DNA from: Ginkgo biloba
Lineage: Eukaryota; Plantae; Ginkgophyta
NCBI GenBank assembly: GCA_024626585.2
Contig: JANKJI020000001.1
Coordinates: 16,356,532 to 16,390,871, forward strand
Length of the DNA stretch: 34,340 nt
Direction of reading: 5' to 3'
Below the pieces are notes generated by a model. It ran no database searches, had not been told where the DNA came from, and saw only the letters and a program-made list of their open reading frames with translations. The position numbers and the translations under genes are program-made. Shown here one piece after another: positions 13,820 through 22,504 of the stretch. Numbering within the stretch: the first letter of the stretch is position 1; every line of letters starts with the position of its first letter.

Positions 13820-14001
13820 AAAATGAACTTAATGGCCTCATTATGTTTCATAATTGGAGACAACNNNNNNNNNNGTCTAAACACTCTAAATAATATTGAA
13901 TGATAAACCATAGAAAAAGATTTAAAATATTAGAGGGCCCCTTCTCACATAATAATGTAGGTTCTCTCTTAATGCTTAATCATATGTAAATCAAACCAAA
14001 G
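13820..14001. repeat. Continuation of the 1.19-kb repeat copy C after the LINE
   Basis: aatggcctcattatgtttcata...ctctaaataatattgaatgataaaccata aligns with ~4238-4420 and ~7190-7333. Confidence 0.9.
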
Positions 14002-15423
14002 TGATGTACCCTCTTAGTAGGAGGATAAAGGAATGACCTTCAAAATATTATAGAATTATATGGATAATAAATACAAGGGGATAATCAACTTTTTAACCCT
14101 ATCTAACATTGAATTGAGGATCTTATATAATATTTTGTCCATTGTACGATCATAGAAACTCTTTAAAAACACTCTCGATCTAGGATTCTCTACAATATCA
14201 TGTTAGTGTGTATGTTTATAGGGGAATACCATGCCAGTGCATGTATGAAACATGCACATAAATGAGTGATTTCATAGAATCAGACACACAAATATGTAAT
14301 CTCATAGAAACGCACACATAAATATAGTATGGAGCACAAAAGTATGGCATGACTCACGAAGTCCTAAAAAATCATATAAATATGTCAAAAATATGCACCC
14401 TCACATGTGGCATGAGAAAACAACCTATACAAGTCTATGGAGATGGAAAATCACTTGCATATAATCCAAGAAGGAAAATATGCACTTAAAATATTTGGAA
14501 ATCAATATCTAGCTAATCAAATATTTAAGACAAGATCTCAAACATAACTCTCCCCAATAAATTAGACAAAGAACAAGAGTACTCTATTAAACAAATTGTG
14601 CAAATACAAAGGTTACAATGACGAAGGACCAAAGATCTAAAATTTTANNNNNNNNNNNNNNNNNNNNNNNNNNNNNNNNNNNNNNNNNNNNNNNNNNNNN
14701 NNNNNNNNNNNNNNNNNNNNNNNNNNNNNNNNNNNNNNNNNNNNNNNNNNNNACCTATGCTAGCCTCACAAATAATAGAAAATGGCAATAATAAACATGA
14801 CTAGAATTAGTAATATGTCTTTACACATATATTATCTACAATTAGCTTAGAGCTAATAAAATAAAGATAAACTAGCAAGAGAAAACTCAATATAGTAAAA
14901 ACTCTCAAATAGATTATGCATGGTCATAGATCCTTCCATAAGCTTAGACCCTATAGAACCAAGAGCTAGCTCCCAAATACTTAATGACATGTCACTTTCT
15001 CCCCTATAAGGAAGCAATGGAACCCATTTCTTATCCAAGCCAAACATAGGAACTCTAATCCTTTTAATAAAAAATGGTGATAACTTTTCCACTTGTCACC
15101 AAAATAAACTTCATAAGATCTTGTACAACCTACTTGTCCTTCACACTTGAACCCAAAGTAGTCAACTTAGGAATTATAATATTTATAAGGATGAAAGGCT
15201 TATCCTCTTTCATCAACTTATATTTTTTTTAAATAAGGAATGAGTGTGGCCTTCCTATCAATAAAAAAGAAAGGGATTCCCAATAAGACATTAGTGCAAT
15301 CCATGGGAACTATGTCAAAAATTATCTCATCAAATAAAATCTTTTATAACCACAAATATAAAATTAATTTTATCATTATTCTTGTTATGTGAAAAATTGA
15401 CACATAACCATAAATATTTCTCC
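14002..15423. mobile_element. Probable LTR-retrotransposon fragments
   Basis: Similarity to the tandem repeat stops abruptly at TGATGTACC (14002). Shares a motif with 2871-2900. No coding motif recognised. Confidence 0.35.
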
Positions 15424-15523
15424 NNNNNNNNNNNNNNNNNNNNNNNNNNNNNNNNNNNNNNNNNNNNNNNNNNNNNNNNNNNNNNNNNNNNNNNNNNNNN
15501 NNNNNNNNNNNNNNNNNNNNNNN

Positions 15524-15664
15524 TTATCGGGACCTGTAGGATGCTCTTTGCAAACAAATCATTGTTACATGTGATGAAAGAATTATAAAATTTCTTGATC
15601 CATCTACTGCCGTAGCTAGTAGAGATGCCTTAGCAAAAATAATATATGCACATAGATTTGACCT
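15524..15664 (+). pseudogene. Myosin XI pseudo-exon DL*DALCKQIIVTCDERIIKFLDPSTAVASRDALAKIIYAHRFD
   Basis: In-frame TAG at 15537-15539; donor gtgag at 15665; the 5' end lies in the N gap. Confidence 0.92.
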
Positions 15665-15825
15665 GTGAGGATTATCACAAGGAATTGACTGCAATAAGAT
15701 GCATTGGAATTTTTCATACTAAGGATAGTGTTGCATTTTCTTCTAAAGAGGAAGTAGTCAGATGGTCATTTGGTGGTTTTATGGATCTTTCTTGGGTAAC
15801 ACCTTTTCATCTATTTTTTGTACAG

Positions 15826-15927
15826 GTTGGTGCATAAAATTAATTGCTCAATTGGGCAGGATTGGAATTCAAAGAATTTTATTGGAGTTCTTGATATTTA
15901 TGGTTTGGAATGTTTTAAGAGCAACAG
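15826..15927 (+). pseudogene. Myosin XI pseudo-exon [33 protein letters not shown] (switch II)
   Basis: tacag|...|gtacg, 102 bp; DIYGFE is changed to DIYGLE. Confidence 0.95.
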
Positions 15928-16055
15928 GTACGTTCCTTGTGCAAGCAAATAAATGATATCAGAAGTTTTCTTTCTTGAAAACCATTCTGATGCACAACTC
16001 GGTCCAAGAAACATTTTCATCCATTTTCTCTCGTTCCTTTAATTTATTGTTCGAA

Positions 16056-16257
16056 TTTTTTTTTTTTTNNNNNNNNNNNNNNNNNNNNNNNNNNNNNNNN
16101 NNNNNNNNNNNNNNNNNNNNNNNNNNNNNNNNNNNNNNNNNNNNNNNNNNNNNNNNNCTGCCCCATACGCCACAGGAGGTGAATACGAAAGGAGTGGAAC
16201 CACGGTCTGATGGATATCAACCCAAAACCGCAACCATTGCGCCACACCCTCGAGGGC
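16056..16257 (-). mobile_element. tRNA-derived SINE in a myosin intron
   Basis: On the minus strand: A box TGGCGCAATGG (16244-16234), B box GGTTCCACTCC (16201-16191), 32-nt spacing, and a poly(A) tail seen as T13 at 16056-16068. Degenerate flanking direct repeat aatttattgttcgaatt (16041-16057) / aatttattatattaatt (16258-16274). The body is partly N. Confidence 0.85.
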
Positions 16258-16459
16258 AATTTATTATATTAATTATTCATAGTGAAAATAGTGAATTCTT
16301 TGTTTTATTTCTTTCTTGTGTGGCCAAAATCATCTACCCTTCGAAGTGACAACTAAAAGTCTAAGCCAGTAAAGAATAACTTTTTTGGGTATGGGAATTG
16401 GAATCATAACTTGTACTCCTCTTCTCATGGATGTGGCCGTCACTCTTCTATTATGACAA

Positions 16460-16517
16460 TTTCGAGCAGTTCTGTATCAATTTTACGAATGAGAAATTGC
16501 AGCAACATTTCAATCAT
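16460..16517 (+). pseudogene. Myosin XI pseudo-exon FEQFCINFTNEKLQQHFNH (relay helix)
   Basis: 58 bp; acceptor reads CAA instead of CAG; donor gtgag. Confidence 0.95.
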
Positions 16518-16659
16518 GTGAGAAAGTGGTCTTATAAGCAAGCGTTATTTCATGACCAAGTATCCTTTTAATATTCCATTCCACCCATAAAATGCCAAGA
16601 TATTCTATCCAAGTAGTTTTCCACATTATAGTCACACTGACACCGTAAATGTGGTACAG

Positions 16660-16761
16660 CACATATTGAAGATGGAGCAGGAAGAATACACAAGAGAGGG
16701 AATCACTTGGAGCTACATAGAATTTGTGGATAATCAGGATGTCTTGGATATGATTGAGAAG
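16660..16761 (+). pseudogene. Myosin XI pseudo-exon [34 protein letters not shown]
   Basis: tacag|...|gtctt, 102 bp. Confidence 0.95.
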
Positions 16762-17368
16762 GTCTTTCTTTTTTCATGGTTTTTCTTCTTTTACCATCAA
16801 TTTTGATGTTCGGTGAGTATTATGTGCAAGGCAACGTGTCAACAGAGTTGAAGGAGTATGTGTGACAATTGTGGCATTAGCTCTCAATGAACTATTGTTG
16901 GCTTTTGTTGTTACATATTACAAATCAAATAGCCTAGTNNNNNNNNNNNNNNNNNNNNNNNNNNNNNNNNNNNNNNNNNNNNNNNNNNNNNNNNNNNNNN
17001 NNNNNNNNNNNNNNNNNNNNNNNNNNNNNNNNNNNNGTTTATGTTCGAGTTGATCTTCTGGAAAGAAAATTTGCTACTTCAATTTTGCAACAGACAGGTA
17101 ATGCTATTCATTATAACGGCATCAGGAGGCAGACCGATGAATTCATACAATGTATGCTTCTGTTTACTTTCTTTTATGATTTAACTCTTGATCTTATCAG
17201 TAAGAGAGAGGGATTGAGAATTATACAGACTTAATTCTGTGTTATTGCATTAACTCTTTGTATATATCTTATGAAAAAATAGCAAGGTATATTATATTGA
17301 CTTCTTTAACCAAAGTAGAAAACCTATGAAGTAACACTAACATACCTTGCTTTCTGTATTCCTTGCAG

Positions 17369-17495
17369 TATGTTTCCAGAATCAACCGATGAAACATTTG
17401 CTGAAAACCTTTACAAAACCTTTGGAAATCATAAACGTTTCAGAAAGCCAAAACTTTCTCGGAGTGACTTCACTGTTTTTCACTATGCTGGTGAG
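17369..17495 (+). pseudogene. Myosin XI pseudo-exon MFPESTDETFAENLYKTFGNHKRFRKPKLSRSDFTVFHYAGE
   Basis: tgcag|...|gtaag, 127 bp. Confidence 0.95.
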
Positions 17496-17582
17496 GTAAG
17501 CGACTATTTTTCCTGGACCTTATCAAAAGATTAGCGAAGTGACCTTATAATCCTAGAAATGCTTATGCATTTTTTTTCACAG

Positions 17583-17729
17583 GTGACATATCAGGCTGAT
17601 CTATTCCTTGACAAGAACAAAGACTATGTTGTTGCAGATCATCAGTCACTTTTGGGAGATTCAAAATGTTCTTTTGTTGCTGGTCTCTTCCCGCGTTTAG
17701 CCAATTCTTTGAAGTCGTCAAAATTTAAG
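17583..17729 (+). pseudogene. Myosin XI pseudo-exon [49 protein letters not shown]
   Basis: cacag|...|gtact, 147 bp; the usual SSIGSRF segment before the terminal K is absent. Confidence 0.95.
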
Positions 17730-17871
17730 GTACTTTCGTAGCTTATTATAAATTATTCGCCCTTTATGTACTGGCCCTTGTTTGAGCTTATGCTTTCATG
17801 GATGCTCCCTCCCAGTTCTTGATCCTGCAATATTTGGTCAAGATATTTAAGTTATTATTGCCTTTATGAAG

Positions 17872-17998
17872 CAACAACTTTAATCTTTTATGGAGACACT
17901 CAACTCAACTGAGCCTCACTACATTAGATGTATGAAAACCTAAGAATGATCTTAGCATTTTTCAGAATCTTGATGTCCTGCAACAACTACGTCGTGGT
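17872..17998 (+). pseudogene. Myosin XI pseudo-exon QQL*SFMETLNSTEPHYIRCMK/PKNDLSIFQNLDVLQQLRRG
   Basis: TAA at 17881-17883; +1 frameshift in atgaaaacct near 17935; donor gtaag. Confidence 0.93.
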
Positions 17999-18153
17999 GT
18001 AAGTATCATCTTAAGCCATATTATTTTTCAAGAATTTCAACAGTTGGTGATTGGTACGTTCAAGAACTTATGCTCTGATGCATTTGACAAACTACATATA
18101 CCTTCATTCAACTTTTCAGTTTAATGACTATGCAGCGTTCCCCTTTGTTATAT

Positions 18154-18252
18154 GGTGTCCTAGAGGCAATAAGGATTAACTGTGCTGGATATCCTATGAG
18201 ACGATTTTATCGACCGCTTTGGCATTCTAGCACCAGAAGTCTCTGAGGGGAA
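18154..18252 (+). pseudogene. Myosin XI pseudo-exon GVLEAIRINCAGYPMRR/FIDRFGILAPEVSEG
   Basis: Acceptor reads TAT; frameshifting deletion after RR near 18205; donor gtatg. Confidence 0.93.
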
Positions 18253-18405
18253 GTATGTATTCGTTTTCCATATACTAATGATGTAGAATAGGCTAAGCTA
18301 AGTTCTTCGAGAGTCTGATGCTTCCCCATGGAAAGTTATATGGGGAAAGAGATATGAACTTGGTGGAAGAATTGATTTTGACTTTCTTTGGTTGTTTTTC
18401 TGCAG

Positions 18406-18466
18406 CAGGGATGAAAAGACTGCAACAAAGAAGATCTTGGACAAAATGGGTCTCCAAGGCTATCAG
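18406..18466 (+). pseudogene. Myosin XI pseudo-exon RDEKTATKKILDKMGLQGYQ
   Basis: tgcag|...|gtttg, 61 bp. Confidence 0.92.
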
Positions 18467-18644
18467 GTTTGTATTTGACTTTTGCTTGAGTTTCAAATTA
18501 GCTAGATCCAATCCTTAAATACTTTGTTTTATTCTGGAATGTACGCTTAACTGATAGAGCAGTGGTATCTTGCTTAGATTGTGTTATGCTTCGAACCTGT
18601 GGATTTTATGTAAATTGACATAGAATAATCATTTAATTTTGTAG

Positions 18645-18822
18645 ATAGGGGCAACAAAACTTTTCCTTAGAGCTGGACAGATGACAGACTTAGATGCCCG
18701 GAGAGCAGAGGTGTTGGGTAATGCAGAAAAAGGTATACAGCGCCAAGTTCGTACGCATATTGCTCGAAAAGACTTTGTTACCATGCGCAGGGCTACTATC
18801 TGTTTGCAAGCAATACGGAGAG
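18645..18822 (+). pseudogene. Myosin XI pseudo-exon [59 protein letters not shown] (converter, IQ1-2)
   Basis: tgtag| acceptor, 178 bp; donor reads AT instead of GT at 18823. Confidence 0.95.
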
Positions 18823-18980
18823 ATATTTCATTGTTCAGCCAGTAGCCATTTCCTTGTATATGTACCTGATATACCTTTCCATATATTGCTATGTTGTTTG
18901 GCCACTTCATATTTGTCAGTTATTTCTTCTGAAGATAAGCAGCAAAGTTTATATAGTTTAATGTACTAAACATTTTGCAG

Positions 18981-19185
18981 GCAAGCTTGCCTCTAAGCTG
19001 TATAAGTGCATGAAGAGAGAGAATGCCTCTGTGCGAATACAGAAACATGTGTGCAGATTTCAGACTACAAAAGCCTACTCACAACTACACTTGCCTGCCA
19101 TTGTTGTCCAGTCAGGGCTGCGTGCAATGCTGCTTGAAATGAATACCAATTTAGGCAGCAAACTAAAGCTGCAGCCATTATTCAG
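18981..19185 (+). pseudogene. Myosin XI pseudo-exon KLASKLYKCMKRENASVRIQKHVCRF...VVQSGLRAM/AA*NEYQFRQQTKAAAIIQ (IQ motifs)
   Basis: tgcag|...|gtatg, 205 bp; 1-nt deletion after AM near 19130 and a TGA where R is expected. Confidence 0.93.
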
Positions 19186-19378
19186 GTATGTCACTTACTG
19201 GCATAGCTAATAATGCATTGGTAACTAAGCTATGGCATTTAGGTTCTTCTACAATGCAACATTACCAGCGCATCCTGTGAGCATTCTTCTGTTAAACATA
19301 GGAATGTTGGCAGCCTTTGGCTTTGCTCAAGAGTGAATTATTTATTACATGATGAACACCATATTTTGTTAATTGCTC

Positions 19379-19483
19379 CGATATAGCACTTACACACACT
19401 ACAAGAAGCTGAAGATGGCCGCAATCATTCTCCAATGCATTTGGAGAGGAAGGGTTGGAAGGAGGGTGCTCAAACTGAAGATG
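19379..19483 (+). pseudogene. Myosin XI pseudo-exon RYSTYTHYKKLKMAAIILQCIWRGRVGRRVLKLKM (last IQ)
   Basis: IQ-like LQCIWRG and terminal KLKM|gttag; the acceptor and first codons are not recognisable. Confidence 0.88.
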
Positions 19484-20554
19484 GTTAGCTGCTNNNNNNN
19501 NNNNNNNNNNNNNNNNNNNNNNNNNNNNNNNNNNNNNNNNNNNNNNNNNNNNNNNNNNNNNNNNNNNNNNNNNNNNNNNNNNNNNNNNNNNNNTTTGTTG
19601 TTGGCACAAGTGTTGGTGCCCTAATTGCCTGTCAAGTTTCTTTTGGTAGAATATTGACTTGAGATCCTAGATCAAAAATGGCATATGGGATTTCATAGTG
19701 ATTAATGATGAGGTCTACCTTAGGATCTCTATCTTTGATATTGAGCTTGGTGTTGGCTTTTGCTTAACCTCTTTTGTCAGACTATCTTCCACTCTCTGGT
19801 CTTTAGAGAAGTTAGTTGTCGTAATATTAAAGCTAGAGACAACATTTGTCAAGAGCAATATATTGCTTGGTGTTGAAAAGGAATGCTTGGCCCTAGCCAA
19901 CATGTAATTGTATGCTCATAAATGGGGAATGAAATGGTACAATTCACATGTAGCAATTGACATTATATACTTGCAATTCATAATGGAATTTTATCCAAGG
20001 GAAAATCGAAATTAGGGCAATCTATATAATATCTAGCTAGTACATTTTTTCTAACTGGATCAATCAATACAAGCTTATACATGTAACTTCAAAATTCTAC
20101 ATGCCAAATTGGGAATGGATGAGTGCATTCGACTTTTATATCAGTAATTTATGCTAAAAAATAAAAGCAAAACTAAGGAAACACAAGCCCCAAACACTCA
20201 AGTAGATGATGTATCTAGCAAGTCAAATTGACTTTAGCCACAAAGCTATCCATGATCGGTACATAAAACCTTAAAGAACAAAAACATTCAATAGGTTCCA
20301 ACAAGGGAAGGATTAGTGAGGGCAACTCTCCCCACAAGAGTTAGAAGATAGAAAATTAGAAAACCTATGTTTTTGATGTAATGAACCATGGATAAAATGA
20401 CATGTTTGCAAGAAACAACAAAAGAATTTTTGCATGGTGGAAGCATCGAATTAAGAACTAGACTTGCAATAAGAACCCAAAAAGCAAGAAGAACATGTAT
20501 CGATAAAAGATTATCAGGATTCCAAATCAGAGAACAACGATGATGACAACATCA

Positions 20555-20844
20555 TGTTGGATAATAATGTTTTCCACATGTCACTTGGCTAATTAATTGT
20601 ACTTTAAGTTATGACAAATTAAGTCAAGTTGTCTAACTTTAGCTTTAGTTCACTTTAGTTTGCTTTAGCTTTAGCTTTGTGCTAAATATGGCAAGCTTGT
20701 GCAAGTTGTACACATGGCTACCATGAGCTCTATTTATTTGTAATCATTGTACCATGATTGTACACACTATATTGTATTATTCTGTGTGAATATACATTAG
20801 AGAGTTTAGAGGGTACACAATACCCAATATTCATGTGTTGAATG
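20555..20844 (+). mobile_element. Probable LTR 5' part (TGTTGGATAATAATG...)
   Basis: TGTTGG start resembling the 32363 LTR start (TGTTGGAATAATTAATG); internal ctttag repeats at 20637-20680; ends at an N gap. Confidence 0.4.
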
Positions 20845-20964
20845 NNNNNNNNNNNNNNNNNNNNNNNNNNNNNNNNNNNNNNNNNNNNNNNNNNNNNNNN
20901 NNNNNNNNNNNNNNNNNNNNNNNNNNNNNNNNNNNNNNNNNNNNGTTGCACTACGCTCAAAACT

Positions 20965-21990
20965 TTATGAAGGTAATTTACTCTTAAGTAGTTATGAGAA
21001 TCTTATAATTCTGGAAAGGTGATTTACTCTTAACTACAATTCTATCCTCTAAAGAACTTGAAGGTAACTTTACCATTGCAAGTTACCTTCAAACTCTACA
21101 TGTGATCACCTTGTTAACCATTAGTTGTAATTATCATGTGACCCTCGTAAAATTGTAAAGTTGACTCATGCCTTTAATGTTTGTAAGTTACTTTCAAACT
21201 GTGCATGTGATCATCTTTATAAACATTAGTTATAACTGTCATACTAGCTCATAAAATTATCAAGGTAACTTTACCTTCAAAGTATACATGTGACCATCTT
21301 GATAATAGCTAGTTGTAACTATCAAATTACCCTTAGAAATTTATGATCGCAATTTCATCTTCAAGATTGTAAGTTACCTTCAAACTACATATGTGACCAC
21401 CTTTTTAACTGTTGGTTATAATCACCATACTACACTTAAAAAATTATAAAGGTGAATTTACCTTTATGATTGTAAGTTACCTTAAAACTGTATATGCGAC
21501 TACCTTGCTAACCACTAGTTGTAACTATTGTACTACCCATAAAAAAATGTGAAGGTAACTTTACCCTCATGATTACAATTTACCTTTAAATCACACGTGC
21601 CATCACCTTATCAACCATTAGTTGTAACCACCATTCTACCCTCGCAGTGTCTAGCCTTCAATATTTGTAATTTACCTTCGAATTGCACATGTGACCATGT
21701 TGCTAACAACTAGTTATAAATACCATTCTAGCCTCACAAAATTGTGTAGGTAAATTTACCTTTCGGATTATAAATAACCTTCAAATTGTGCATGTGACCA
21801 CCTTGCTAACAGCCAGCTATAACCATCGTTCCACTCTTGAATAAATTTAAAGGTAACTTTACCTATAAGATTACAAGTTACCTTCTGACCACGCATGTGA
21901 TCACTTATTAATTGTTACCCTCGTTGCAAGCCACCCATAGAAACATTTAAAGGTACCTTTGCTTTTATGTGTTTAACATACCATCAACTC
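20965..21990. repeat. Degenerate ~103-bp minisatellite, ~9-10 units
   Basis: The catgtga landmark or a variant occurs at 21099, 21204, 21287, 21390, 21493, 21594, 21688, 21791 and 21894 (modal spacing 103). The unit carries gaaggtaactt...aagttaccttc inverted arms and tagttgtaacta. Confidence 0.93.
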
Positions 21991-22504
21991 ANNNNNNNNN
22001 NNNNNNNNNNNNNNNNNNNNNNNNNNNNNNNNNNNNNNNNNNNNNNNNNNNNNNNNNNNNNNNNNNNNNNNNNNNNNNNNNNNNNNNNNNNNNNNNNNNN
22101 NNNNNNNNNNNNNNNNNNNNNNNNNNNNNNNNNNNNNNNNNNNNNNNNNNNNNNNNNNNNNNNNNNNNNNNNNNNNNNNNNNNNNNNNNNNNNNNNNNNN
22201 NNNNNNNNNNNNNNNNNNNNNNNNNNNNNNNNNNNNNNNNNNNNNNNNNNNNNNNNNNNNNNNNNNNNNNNNNNNNNNNNNNNNNNNNNNNNNNNNNNNN
22301 NNNNNNNNNNNNNNNNNNNNNNNNNNNNNNNNNNNNNNNNNNNNNNNNNNNNNNNNNNNNNNNNNNNNNNNNNNNNNNNNNNNNNNNNNNNNNNNNNNNN
22401 NNNNNNNNNNNNNNNNNNNNNNNNNNNNNNNNNNNNNNNNNNNNNNNNNNNNNNNNNNNNNNNNNNNNNNNNNNNNNNNNNNNNNNNNNNNNNNNNNNNN
22501 NNNN

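Larger units (their letters stand above)
15524..19483 (+). pseudogene. XI: Class XI myosin pseudogene fragment with introns retained (C-terminal motor domain, converter, IQ motifs)
   Basis: 12 exons in correct order with the myosin XI motifs SRDALAK, GVLDIYG(L)[84 protein letters not shown] and IQ repeats. Disabled by premature stops, frameshifts and dead splice sites. Both ends abut 100-N gaps. Confidence 0.97.

Noticed and set aside
16158-16257. Functional tRNA gene
   Set aside because: A and B boxes are present, but I could not see a convincing acceptor stem or cloverleaf; the A-tail and TSD point to a SINE.
15524-19483. Functional myosin gene, or one rescued by RNA editing or alternative splicing
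   Set aside because: Multiple independent stops, frameshifts, deletions and splice-site losses across many exons.
19715-19903. 62-aa minus-strand ORF as a gene or as the myosin continuation
   Set aside because: Wrong strand for myosin, no coiled-coil exon signature, no recognisable motif; probably retroelement debris.
20965-21990. CRISPR-like array of palindromic repeats
   Set aside because: The whole 103-bp unit is repeated with no unique spacers, no cas genes are present, and the context is eukaryotic with spliceosomal introns.
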